Counted from the stretch's first letter, positions 20,160 to 29,093 are shown. The stretch: DNA of 64,000 nucleotides from an uncultured Sphingorhabdus sp. (GCA_964591835.1 CAZQBS010000008.1:1959-65958); one strand, 5' to 3'. Numbers and translations are program-made. The notes: a model not told the origin generated them from the letters alone.

Positions 20160-20648
20160 ATGTTGAATAAGAAAATTGCTCTGCTGGGCGCGGCCGTCGC
20201 TGCTCTGGCATCGACCGGCGCCAATGCCGCAACGCAAACCGCAACTGCGGAAGTCGATATCATCGCTGCTGTTACCTTGACGCAGGATCTCGGGCTCGAC
20301 TTTGGCGTTGTTGCATCGAGCGCCGCTGCCGGCACCGTTACCCTGCCGACCGGATCGGACACACGTACATGCTCGGCTTCAGTGACTTGCGTCGGTACCG
20401 CACAGCGCGGCCAATTTACCGTAAGCAATGCAGCCAGCGGCTACAACGTTGCCATCACCGTTCCGGCATCGACATCGCTCATCGGCCCGGGCACCGCGAT
20501 GAACCTGTCGCTGGTTCCTTCGATCACTGGCTTCACCTCGACCGGTGCAGCGGTTGTGTTCAACGTCGGCGGCACATTGTCGGTTGGCGCCAACCAGGTC
20601 GCTGGCACTTATACCGGCACCTATAACGTTTCGGCCGACTATCAATAA
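20160..20648 (+). CDS. DUF4402-family secreted protein, probable fimbrial subunit
   Basis: Sec signal (…TGANA|A), LDFG motif, one Cys pair, C-terminal AGTYTGTYNVSADYQ with penultimate Tyr; RBS GAAGGA. Confidence 0.7.
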   Translation: MLNKKIALLGAAVAALASTGANAATQTATAEVDIIAAVTLTQDLGLDFGVVASSAAAGTVTLPTGSDTRTCSASVTCVGTAQRGQFTVSNAASGYNVAITVPASTSLIGPGTAMNLSLVPSITGFTSTGAAVVFNVGGTLSVGANQVAGTYTGTYNVSADYQ

Positions 20649-20685
20649 GCCGATCTGCGCCTAACCGGCGCGATACGAGACCGTT

Positions 20686-20719
20686 AAACCCCCGAAGGTG
20701 TCAAGCTTTCGGGGGTTTT
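20686..20719 (+). terminator. Intrinsic terminator after the subunit gene
   Basis: AAACCCCCGAA...TTCGGGGGTTTT hairpin followed by a U-run. Confidence 0.75.
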
Positions 20720-20728
20720 CTCGTGCCG

Positions 20729-20747
20729 TTAGCCGGTTGGTAACCAT
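20729..20747 (+). promoter_or_regulatory. Degenerate CtrA-like site upstream of the chaperone gene
   Basis: TTAG-ccggttg-GTAA-CCAT, two mismatches to TTAA-N7-TTAA. Confidence 0.35.
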
Positions 20748-20820
20748 ATTCTGCCACGGTGCAGTGGTGGACCAGTGCGGCTTTTACAGCCGTGCGCCTA
20801 ATATGTGGATGGGAATATCG

Positions 20821-21666
20821 ATGCGCAAACTGCTTGCAAAAGCTTGGCCGAACTCTGTCGGCCGGATGGCTATGGCTACGACCATATTGGCGGCAATGCC
20901 CCTCATGTCGGCGCAGGCCGCCGGCGACCTCTTGATCGCCCCAACGCGGATCGTGCTCGATGGCCGTCGCGGCACCGAGGTCATCCTGAACAATATCGGC
21001 AATGAGGAAGCGACCTACCGGATCACGCTCGAGCTTCGCCGGATGAACGACGAGGGTCGACTCGAGGACGTCGATACGGCCCGGGCAAACCCCAAGGAAA
21101 AGGCGGCGCTCGAAGTTATCCGCTACGCGCCTCGCCGCGTTACATTGCCCCCGAACCAGCCGCAGTCTATCCGAATCGGCCTGCAACCCATGGATTTGCT
21201 GCCTGACGGCGAATATCGCGCACACATGCTGTTCCGCGCCATTCCAAAGGCTCCGGCAGCAGGCACGGCGCAGGAGGCGGGCGGCGGGGTAAAAATCCAG
21301 CTCATTCCGATTTACGGTATCAGCATCCCGGTGATCGTCCGAAAAGGCAATCTGGAGGCGACGGCCGCACTGACCAATGTCCGTGTGGGCAGAGATAATG
21401 AAGGTCAGACGCTGGAATTCGATATGAGCCGGAAGGGCGATAAATCGGTGTTTGGCGAAATTCATGTGACCAAGCCCGGGCTGTCCGAGCCGATTGCGGT
21501 GGCGAAGGGCATTGCCATTTATCCCGAAATCGCCAGCCGGGGCGTATCGTTACCGCTGGCGCCCGAGATTGCGGCCAAGCTGCACGGCGAGGTGGTGGTT
21601 TCCTATTACGAAGCACCCGAAGCCGGTGGCGGGCTGATTAGCCAAGTCCGCTCGGTCCTGCCGTGA
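20821..21666 (+). CDS. PapD-like periplasmic fimbrial chaperone
   Basis: Signal peptide, LLIAPTRIVL, YAPRRVTLPPNQPQSIRI, GEYRAHMLFRAIP and YGISIPVIVR, the characteristic chaperone strand pattern. Confidence 0.72.
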   Translation: MRKLLAKAWPNSVGRMAMATTILAAMPLMSAQAAGDLLIAPTRIVLDGRRGTEVILNNIGNEEATYRITLELRRMNDEGRLEDVDTARANPKEKAALEVIRYAPRRVTLPPNQPQSIRIGLQPMDLLPDGEYRAHMLFRAIPKAPAAGTAQEAGGGVKIQLIPIYGISIPVIVRKGNLEATAALTNVRVGRDNEGQTLEFDMSRKGDKSVFGEIHVTKPGLSEPIAVAKGIAIYPEIASRGVSLPLAPEIAAKLHGEVVVSYYEAPEAGGGLISQVRSVLP

Positions 21667-21698
21667 ACTGAACGGGTTCGGGCCGGCCAGGGCCTGAC

Positions 21699-24398
21699 AT
21701 GCGCAAACTCCTCCATAAAGCCTGTAAGGCAATAGCGGTATTGGCCGTGGCGGCGGGGATCATGACGATCCCGGTCGCTTCGGCTTATGCTGCGCCGTGG
21801 CAGGCCAACGAAGACGATGCCTTGCTTTTCGATGTTCGAGTCGGCCAATGGCGTGTCGGAGACGGCGTTCGCGGCTATCAGACCGATAGTGGCGTGTGCG
21901 TCGATCTGGCCGATATTATTATCGCATTCGATTTACCCGTGCGGCTCGACAAGAAGTCGCGCCGCGCAACTGGCTGGTTGTTCGAAGAAAGCCGGACATT
22001 CACCCTCGACCGCGAAGAAAATATAGTACAAATCATGAACAAAAGTCATGCGGTCGGTCTTGGCGATATCCGCGATGTTCCAGAAGGCTGGTGTGTGGAT
22101 ACCACGAAGCTGGCGCAGTGGCTGAATATCGAGATCAACACGGACCTGTCGAACGCGCTGCTCATCATCAAGGCCGACCGCAAGCTGCCGTTTGAGCTGG
22201 CCGAAGAACGCAAGGCGCGGGTGGGCAAGTTCCGGCCTATGGCGCAATTCGACCTGAAGAGCCTGCCGCAGGCGAAAGATCCCTATAAATTCCTTCGTAC
22301 GCCTTCAATTGACGTCGTGGCGTCAATGGGCGTCAGCCGCGACAAGCGTATCGGTAACCGCTTCGATGCGCGCTACGAGATTTACGCCAGTGGCGAGATT
22401 GCCGCGGCTTCGTTCGATGCGCGGCTGTCGTCTGATGAACGCGGCGTTCCCGAACGCCTGCGTTTGCGGGGCTACAAGACCGATCCCGATGGCGGCTTGC
22501 TCGGGCCGTTGAACGCGACGCATTTTGCGGTCGGCGATGTCTCCACCAATGCGACACCGCTGGGTGCGCAAACCACTGTCGGGCGCGGTGGCTTTGTCAC
22601 CAACCGGCCATTGAACCGGACATCCAGCTTTGATCGCACCACATTCAGGGGCGAGCTGCCTGACGGCTGGGATGCCGAACTGTTCCGCAACGACCAGCTG
22701 ATCGGCTATGCCCAAAGCCGCGGCGACGGGCGATATGAATTTCTCGATGTTGCTTTGCTCTACGGCCAAAACCGGTTCGAGGTTGTCCTTTACGGTCCGC
22801 AGGGTCAAATCCGGCGCAATGTGAAGATGATCCCGGTCGGCCTCGATTCGATCCCGCCGCGCGAAATCTATTATTGGGCAGCAGTGCAGGATGCCGGACG
22901 CGACCTGATCAATCTGGATGGCGTCGAGCCGTCCGACTATCTCGGACAGCGCGGCGGTTTCGGGCTGGAACGCGGAATTGACGCTAGGACGTCAGTGGCG
23001 GGGTCTTGGTTCACCTCGATGGTGCGCGGGCGGCGGCAAAATTATCTCGAAGCCTCGGTTCGCAGAGCCATCGGGCCAGCATTGATCGAACTGGCGACGG
23101 CGGCCAATCTGTCGGGTGGCTACGCCTTGCGCGGACAGATGCTGGCGCAGGTTGGCGAAACGCTGGTCAGCGGCGAGAGCGCATGGCTGATGGGCGGCTA
23201 TCAGAGCGAACGTTACGAACGCGATCTTCGTCGCCTCAATAGCCTTTCGGTCGATCACAGTTTCAAGCTCGGGCGGCAATATCTGCCGGTCCGCGCCGAA
23301 GTCCGCTACAGCGAACGCACTGACGGCAGCAGCAGGTTGGAAATTAATTCACGATTATCATTTAATATCAAACAGATAAATACAAGCGCTGAACTGGAGT
23401 GGACAAAAGACGATAATCGCTTCGGAATCGATCCGGCATCGCGGCTCGATGCGTCGCTCAGACTGTCGGGCCGGGTGGGCGGATTGCGACTGCGCGGAGA
23501 GGCGGTCTTCGGGCTGACTGGCGACAGCGGTTTCCGCGAATCGAAGATTACCGGCGAGTGGCGCGCGGGCGAACGTTCGGATTGGCGGGTCGAGGCAGGA
23601 TATTCGGCCGGCGACAGGCGCGGCCGATTGGCTGTCGGTCACACCAGACGCTTCAAACAGTTCGCGCTGACCGGTCAGATCGAGGCCGCGAGCGACGGTT
23701 CGGTCGCGGCGACACTTGCGCTTGCATTCAGCCTCGGCCCCAATCCGCACAACGGCGGCATTCGCGTGGCATCGGCGAAGCTGGCATCCTCCGGGCAGGC
23801 CTTTGCGATCGTCTTTCAGGACGAGAATGCCGACGGCATCCGCCAAGCCAGCGAACCGGTGCAAAAAGCGGTCGAACTGACCGCCGGTCTATCCGCACGC
23901 GGCGACCCGACCGATGCCTTGGGCCGCACCGTTATCGACGGGCTGCAACCCTATGAACCCGTTCTCATCGGGATCGACGCATCGAGCCTGCCCGATCCGT
24001 TCGTCCAGCCATCAACCAGCGGCGTTGTCGTCACCCCGCGCCCCGGAGTGCCCGTGACAATCGAGTTGCCTTTGGTCGCGGCTGGCGAAATCTCGGGCAA
24101 TCTGCAACGCGAAGGCGGCAAAATGTTGAGCGGCGTCGATATCGAGCTGCTCGACAAGAGCGGACGCGTCGTCAGGACGACACGGTCGGAATATGACGGC
24201 TTCTTCCTGTTCGAATTTGTGCCTTATGGTAGCTACACGCTTCGAGTCGCCGCAGTGGCAGCGGCTGTTGTCGGCGTCGAAACACCACTCCCGGGTCTCG
24301 CCCAACTTGGCAAAGCTAAAGGCATGGTCGATCTGGGCATTGTCACCGCCAAAGCCGCGCAACGGATTGCCAGTTCGGCGCAACCGCAAGGCCCGTAG
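21699..24398 (+). CDS. Outer-membrane usher-like protein with C-terminal carboxypeptidase-regulatory-like domains
   Basis: 899 aa with signal peptide, many amphipathic beta-strands, a plug-like segment GELPDGWDAELFRN...GQNRFEVVLYGPQG and C-terminal TTRSEYDGFFLFEFVPYGSY; follows the chaperone gene. Confidence 0.65.
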   Translation: MRKLLHKACKAIAVLAVAAGIMTIPVASAYAAPWQANEDDALLFDVRVGQWRVGDGVRGYQTDSGVCVDLADIIIAFDLPVRLDKKSRRATGWLFEESRTFTLDREENIVQIMNKSHAVGLGDIRDVPEGWCVDTTKLAQWLNIEINTDLSNALLIIKADRKLPFELAEERKARVGKFRPMAQFDLKSLPQAKDPYKFLRTPSIDVVASMGVSRDKRIGNRFDARYEIYASGEIAAASFDARLSSDERGVPERLRLRGYKTDPDGGLLGPLNATHFAVGDVSTNATPLGAQTTVGRGGFVTNRPLNRTSSFDRTTFRGELPDGWDAELFRNDQLIGYAQSRGDGRYEFLDVALLYGQNRFEVVLYGPQGQIRRNVKMIPVGLDSIPPREIYYWAAVQDAGRDLINLDGVEPSDYLGQRGGFGLERGIDARTSVAGSWFTSMVRGRRQNYLEASVRRAIGPALIELATAANLSGGYALRGQMLAQVGETLVSGESAWLMGGYQSERYERDLRRLNSLSVDHSFKLGRQYLPVRAEVRYSERTDGSSRLEINSRLSFNIKQINTSAELEWTKDDNRFGIDPASRLDASLRLSGRVGGLRLRGEAVFGLTGDSGFRESKITGEWRAGERSDWRVEAGYSAGDRRGRLAVGHTRRFKQFALTGQIEAASDGSVAATLALAFSLGPNPHNGGIRVASAKLASSGQAFAIVFQDENADGIRQASEPVQKAVELTAGLSARGDPTDALGRTVIDGLQPYEPVLIGIDASSLPDPFVQPSTSGVVVTPRPGVPVTIELPLVAAGEISGNLQREGGKMLSGVDIELLDKSGRVVRTTRSEYDGFFLFEFVPYGSYTLRVAAVAAAVVGVETPLPGLAQLGKAKGMVDLGIVTAKAAQRIASSAQPQGP

Positions 24399-24420
24399 TC
24401 GAAAAATCTGCATCCGTTGC

Positions 24421-24447
24421 TGTAACCTTTGCGTTGCTGTTGCCGAA
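24421..24447 (+). promoter_or_regulatory. ECF16/SigF-type promoter
   Basis: TGTAACC-N16-CGAA, 42 nt before the cytochrome b ATG; matches the Caulobacter SigF consensus as I recall it. Confidence 0.65.
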
Positions 24448-24489
24448 CCGTCTGCGGCGGCATAGTCTGCTGCGTAAAGGGAGCAGTGC

Positions 24490-25332
24490 ATGGAGCAAAC
24501 CGATCTCAAACCCGGCGATATCATCAAACGCCACCGGCTTTCGACTCGAATCTGGCACTGGATCAACGCTGTGACGTTGCTCGTCTTGTTGATGAGCGGT
24601 CTAATGATTTTCAATGCACATCCAAGGCTTTACTGGGGCCAGTACGGCGCGAACGACGATTATGCGTGGTTGGTTATCGACGATGCCAAGAATACCGGCT
24701 TTGTCGAAATCTCCGGTGCCCGGGTGACAACGACGGGTGTGTTGGGTGTGTGGACCGACGCCGAAGGCACGATCAGGAAGCGCGCGTTTCCGTATTGGGC
24801 GACGATCCCGTCGAGCTATGATTTGCAGGCGGCACGGCGCTGGCATCTGACCTTTGCCTGGGTGCTTTCGCTGGCTTTGCTGTTCTACATAATGCGGTCG
24901 TTGTGGAACGGTCATGTCCGGCGCGACCTGCACATCCGCAAGGCTGAATGGTCGCTGCGGTATATCTGGCATGATATCAAGGAACATGCGCGGCTGCGTT
25001 TTCCTACAGGCGCGGCTGCAATGAGCTATACAATATTACAAAAAATCAGTTACATAGCCGTTATTTTCATATTGTTACCGCTGATAATCTTTACCGGCCT
25101 GACGATGTCGCCGGCAATGAACGCGGCGTGGCCTTGGCTGCTCGATATCTTCGGGGGTAGGCAATCAGCACGGTCACTTCACTTTATTGTCGCCTTTGCA
25201 CTGGTCGCGTTTTTCTTGGTGCATATCACCATGGTGGTGCTCGCCGGGCCGATCAACGAGCTTCGCTCGATGATCACGGGTCGTTACCGGCTACCCGGCA
25301 AAGTCGAAGCTGTTGAAGGAGAACCGGCATGA
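24490..25332 (+). CDS. Cytochrome b/b6-domain membrane protein
   Basis: RIWHWINA, RRWHLTFAW, LQKISY and ARSLHFI heme-ligand His positions; four TM segments. Confidence 0.85.
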   Translation: MEQTDLKPGDIIKRHRLSTRIWHWINAVTLLVLLMSGLMIFNAHPRLYWGQYGANDDYAWLVIDDAKNTGFVEISGARVTTTGVLGVWTDAEGTIRKRAFPYWATIPSSYDLQAARRWHLTFAWVLSLALLFYIMRSLWNGHVRRDLHIRKAEWSLRYIWHDIKEHARLRFPTGAAAMSYTILQKISYIAVIFILLPLIIFTGLTMSPAMNAAWPWLLDIFGGRQSARSLHFIVAFALVAFFLVHITMVVLAGPINELRSMITGRYRLPGKVEAVEGEPA

Positions 25333-26102
25333 CCGACAATCCGATCATTATGCCACGCCGCAAGTTTTTGACAGGCGCGGCGTTGGGCGGAAGCGGACTG
25401 TTGCTTTCTGGATGCGATGCCCTGACCGAAAACCCTGGTTTCCGCTCGGTGCTACGCAGCGGCGAGGTGCTGAACAAAACGGCGCAGCGTTTAATCTCCG
25501 ACCGTGCGGCATTGGCCCCCGAATTTTCGGCGAACGATATCTCGCCGACTTTCAAACCAAATGGTTCAATCAGCGGTGCGACGCCCGAATATGCAGCCCA
25601 CGTCGTCGACAAATTTGAGCGCTGGCGGTTGCGGATTGACGGCATGGTGCAACGACCGTTGTCGCTCTCGCTTGCTCAATTGACGACAATGCCTTCGCGC
25701 GAGCAAATTACCCGCCACGACTGCGTCGAGGGCTGGAGCGCGATCGGCAAATGGCGCGGCACCCCGCTCGGGATGCTTTTGAAGCAAGCAGGGTTAGCGA
25801 CCAAGGCGCGCTATATCGTGTTTCACTGTGCCGACAGCTTCGGTGCCGATCCCTATTATGAATCGATCGACCTGATCGACGCCTTCCATCCGCAAACGAT
25901 CATGGCGTGGAGCCTCAACAACACGCTTTTGCCCGTGCCGAATGGCGCGCCGCTGCGCCTCCGCGTCGAACGACAATTGGGCTACAAACACGCCAAATAT
26001 GTGATGCGCGCCGAGGCGACCGACAGCCTTGCCAAATTCTACGGCGGCAAGGGCGGTTACTGGGAAGATCAGGTCGATTACGACTGGTACGCGGGGATTT
26101 AG
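25329..26102 (+). CDS. Molybdopterin-dependent oxidoreductase, sulfite-oxidase fold, Tat-exported lipoprotein
   Basis: Tat motif PRRKFL, lipobox LSGC, HDCVEGWS with the Mo-ligating Cys, NGAPLRLRV and GYKHAKY; overlaps the cytochrome b gene by 4 nt. Confidence 0.85.
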   Translation: MTDNPIIMPRRKFLTGAALGGSGLLLSGCDALTENPGFRSVLRSGEVLNKTAQRLISDRAALAPEFSANDISPTFKPNGSISGATPEYAAHVVDKFERWRLRIDGMVQRPLSLSLAQLTTMPSREQITRHDCVEGWSAIGKWRGTPLGMLLKQAGLATKARYIVFHCADSFGADPYYESIDLIDAFHPQTIMAWSLNNTLLPVPNGAPLRLRVERQLGYKHAKYVMRAEATDSLAKFYGGKGGYWEDQVDYDWYAGI

Positions 26103-26160
26103 GCTTGCGATTCTGTCAGGTGAATGGTCAAAGCCTGTCTTCTTTCAGGGAGAGACGTAA

Positions 26161-27270
26161 ATGAAGACCCGCGCTGCCGTTGCCTTTGAAGCGAAGAAGC
26201 CGCTCGAGATTGTCGAGCTGGACCTTGAAGGACCGAAAGCGGGTGAAGTGCTGGTCGAGATCATGGCGACAGGCATCTGCCACACCGATGCCTACACGCT
26301 CGACGGCTTCGACAGCGAGGGAATTTTCCCGAGTGTGCTCGGCCATGAAGGCGCAGGCATCGTCCGCGAAGTTGGCGATGGCGTAACGTCGGTGAAGCCC
26401 GGCGATCATGTCATCCCGCTTTACACCCCCGAATGTCGCCAGTGCAAAAGCTGTCTGTCGGGCAAGACCAACCTGTGCACTGCGATCCGCGCGACTCAAG
26501 GCAAAGGACTGATGCCCGATGGCACCTCGCGCTTTTCATACAAGGGCCAGACGATCTTTCACTATATGGGCTGCTCGACTTTCTCCAACTTCACCGTTCT
26601 CCCCGAAATCGCCGTCGCCAAAATCCGCGAGGATGCGCCCTTTAACAGCGCCTGCTATATCGGTTGCGGCGTGACGACTGGCGTCGGTGCCGTCACCAAC
26701 ACTGCGAAGGTCCAGCCTGGCGACAATGTCATTATCTTCGGACTGGGCGGTATTGGCTTGAACGTGCTGCAAGGTGCCAAGATGGCCGGTGCGAACATGA
26801 TCGTCGGCGTCGACATCAATCCCGACCGCGAGGCGTGGGGCATGAAGTTCGGGATGACGCATTTCGTGAATCCGAAGGATGTCGACGGAGATATTGTTGC
26901 GCATTTGGTCGCACTCACCGACGGCGGCGCAGAATACACCTTCGATTGCACGGGGAACACCACCGTGATGCGCCAGGCGCTCGAGGCCTGCCATCGTGGC
27001 TGGGGCACGTCGATCATTATAGGTGTGGCCGAGGCGGGCAAGGAAATCAGCACGCGGCCGTTCCAGCTCGTGACCGGTCGCAACTGGCGCGGTACCGCTT
27101 TTGGCGGCGCTAAAGGGCGGACCGATGTGCCTAAAATCGTCGATCTTTACATGGATGGCACAATCCAGATCGACCCAATGATTACACATGTTCTGACGTT
27201 GGACGAGATCAACAAGGGCTTCGACCTGATGCACGCAGGCGAGAGCATAAGGAGCGTTGTTGTCTATTGA
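26161..27270 (+). CDS. frmA: S-(hydroxymethyl)glutathione dehydrogenase / class III alcohol dehydrogenase
   Basis: [31 protein letters not shown] and PFQLVTGR. Confidence 0.95.
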   Translation: MKTRAAVAFEAKKPLEIVELDLEGPKAGEVLVEIMATGICHTDAYTLDGFDSEGIFPSVLGHEGAGIVREVGDGVTSVKPGDHVIPLYTPECRQCKSCLSGKTNLCTAIRATQGKGLMPDGTSRFSYKGQTIFHYMGCSTFSNFTVLPEIAVAKIREDAPFNSACYIGCGVTTGVGAVTNTAKVQPGDNVIIFGLGGIGLNVLQGAKMAGANMIVGVDINPDREAWGMKFGMTHFVNPKDVDGDIVAHLVALTDGGAEYTFDCTGNTTVMRQALEACHRGWGTSIIIGVAEAGKEISTRPFQLVTGRNWRGTAFGGAKGRTDVPKIVDLYMDGTIQIDPMITHVLTLDEINKGFDLMHAGESIRSVVVY

Positions 27271-27329
27271 CGACCGCTATTACGCGCGCAATACGTAGCA
27301 GATTGCAACCTAACAAAAGGAGCGGGAAG

Positions 27330-27710
27330 ATGTACAGCCATATGATGGTCGGCAGCAATGACATAGCGAGATCGAAGAAATTCTACGATGCGACCTTTAC
27401 TGCAATGGGTGGACGAGCGGGTTCCGAAGACCCCAAAGGCCGTCTGATTTATGTCCATAACGGCTCCATGTTTTTGGTCACGCCGCCAATCGACGGCAAG
27501 CCTGCGACTCACGGCAATGGCTGCACGGTAGGCTTTGCGATGACCCCCGAGCAAGCGGATGCATGGCACCAGGCGGGTATAGACAATGGCGGCACAGCGA
27601 TCGAAGATCCTCCGGGCGTACGTGAAGGAGCTGGCATGAAGCTCTATCTCGCTTATCTGCGCGATCCCGATGGCAATAAATTGTGCGCGCTTCACCGCGT
27701 GGCTTCATAA
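27330..27710 (+). CDS. VOC/glyoxalase-family protein, copy 1
   Basis: HMMVGSNDIARSKKFYD and AYLRDPDGNKLC; RBS AGGAG. Confidence 0.85.
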   Translation: MYSHMMVGSNDIARSKKFYDATFTAMGGRAGSEDPKGRLIYVHNGSMFLVTPPIDGKPATHGNGCTVGFAMTPEQADAWHQAGIDNGGTAIEDPPGVREGAGMKLYLAYLRDPDGNKLCALHRVAS

Positions 27711-27722
27711 GAGAAACGAAAC

Positions 27723-28109
27723 ATGTTCACCCATATCCTGCTCGGCAGCAGCGACACCGAGCGAAGTCGCAAATTTTACGACGCGACGATGGGCGCTCTC
27801 GGCCACGCGCCATCCGCAAGCCCCGAGGGCGCCCCGCGCCATTTCTACGGTGGTTTCGGTTCGGGCGCGCTTGGTATCGGCACGCCGACGAATGGCCAAT
27901 CGGCGACTTATGCCAATGGCGGTACCACCGGGTTTGCTGCAAAGGATAAAGACGCGGTCGATGCCTGGTATGCCGCCGGTCTCGAATATGGCGGGGCTTG
28001 CGAAGGTCCGGCTGGGCCAAGGCCGAATGCACCGGGCAACAGCTACGGCGCGTATCTGCGCGATCCCGATGGCAACAAACTCTGCGCGTTCTGCCAGATG
28101 CCGGGGTGA
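27723..28109 (+). CDS. VOC/glyoxalase-family protein, copy 2
   Basis: HILLGSSDTERSRKFYD and AYLRDPDGNKLC. Confidence 0.85.
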   Translation: MFTHILLGSSDTERSRKFYDATMGALGHAPSASPEGAPRHFYGGFGSGALGIGTPTNGQSATYANGGTTGFAAKDKDAVDAWYAAGLEYGGACEGPAGPRPNAPGNSYGAYLRDPDGNKLCAFCQMPG

Positions 28110-28113
28110 TCCG

Positions 28114-28959
28114 GTGAGTCTTGAAACCGTCTCGACCAATATGGCCTTTGGCGGCGTTCAGGGTGTTTACAAGCATCGCTCAAGCGCGACGGGGACGGAG
28201 ATGACATTCTCCGTCTTCGTCCCGCCGCATGAACCCGGCTCGAAATTACCGGTGGTCTGGTATCTGTCGGGCCTCACCTGCACCCACGCCAATGTCACCG
28301 ACAAGGGCGAGTACAGGAAAGCCTGCGCCGAGTATGGGCTGATATTCGTAGCGCCGGACACCAGCCCGCGCGGCGAAGGCGTACCCGACGATCCAGAAGG
28401 TGTATATGATTTCGGGCTTGGTGCCGGTTTCTATGTGGATGCGACAGAGGTTCCGTTTGCCCGGCATTACCGGATGCGGTCATATATTGAGGACGAATTG
28501 CCCGGGTTGGTTGGCGCAAACTTCCCCGCCGATATGACGCGCCAAGGCATTATGGGCCATTCGATGGGAGGTCATGGCGCGCTGACGATTTCGCTTCGCA
28601 ATCCCGGGCGGTTCAGATCAACTTCTGCGTTCGCGCCGATTGTTTCGCCGATGAACTGCCCTTGGGGGCAAAAGGCATTGGGTGGTTATCTCGGAACCGA
28701 CCAGTCCGCTTGGGCGGAATATGATGCCTGTGCGCTGATTGCAGGCGGAGCGCGGTTGCCCCACCTATTGATAGACCAAGGCGATGCCGACAATTTCCTC
28801 ACCGACCAGCTGAAAACGCATTTGCTTGCGGAAGCCTGCCAAACCGCTGGCCAAAAGGCCATGATCCGGATGCAGCCGGGTTACGATCACAGCTATTATT
28901 TTATCTCGACATTTATGGGTGAACATCTGGCTTGGCATTTCGAGTGGTTAAACCGCTAG
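28114..28959 (+). CDS. fghA: S-formylglutathione hydrolase
   Basis: LSGLTCT, PDTSPRG, GAGFYVDAT, GHSMGGHGA and GYDHSYYF. GTG start at 28114. Confidence 0.93.
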   Translation: MSLETVSTNMAFGGVQGVYKHRSSATGTEMTFSVFVPPHEPGSKLPVVWYLSGLTCTHANVTDKGEYRKACAEYGLIFVAPDTSPRGEGVPDDPEGVYDFGLGAGFYVDATEVPFARHYRMRSYIEDELPGLVGANFPADMTRQGIMGHSMGGHGALTISLRNPGRFRSTSAFAPIVSPMNCPWGQKALGGYLGTDQSAWAEYDACALIAGGARLPHLLIDQGDADNFLTDQLKTHLLAEACQTAGQKAMIRMQPGYDHSYYFISTFMGEHLAWHFEWLNR

Positions 28960-28997
28960 CGCATTTTCTATTCCGTCGATAATGGCCTCATCGGAAC

Positions 28998-29071
28998 GCG
29001 GGTGTAGCTCAATGGTAGAGCTTTTGCTTCCCAAGCAAGTGACGAGGGTTCGATTCCCTTCACCCGCTCCA
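28998..29071 (+). tRNA. tRNA-Gly (anticodon CCC)
   Basis: GCGGGTG/CACCCGC acceptor stem, D arm, anticodon loop TTCCCAA, GGTTCGATTCC T-arm and encoded CCA; 74 nt. Confidence 0.96.
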
Positions 29072-29093
29072 AATATCCTATCGAACTTCAAAT

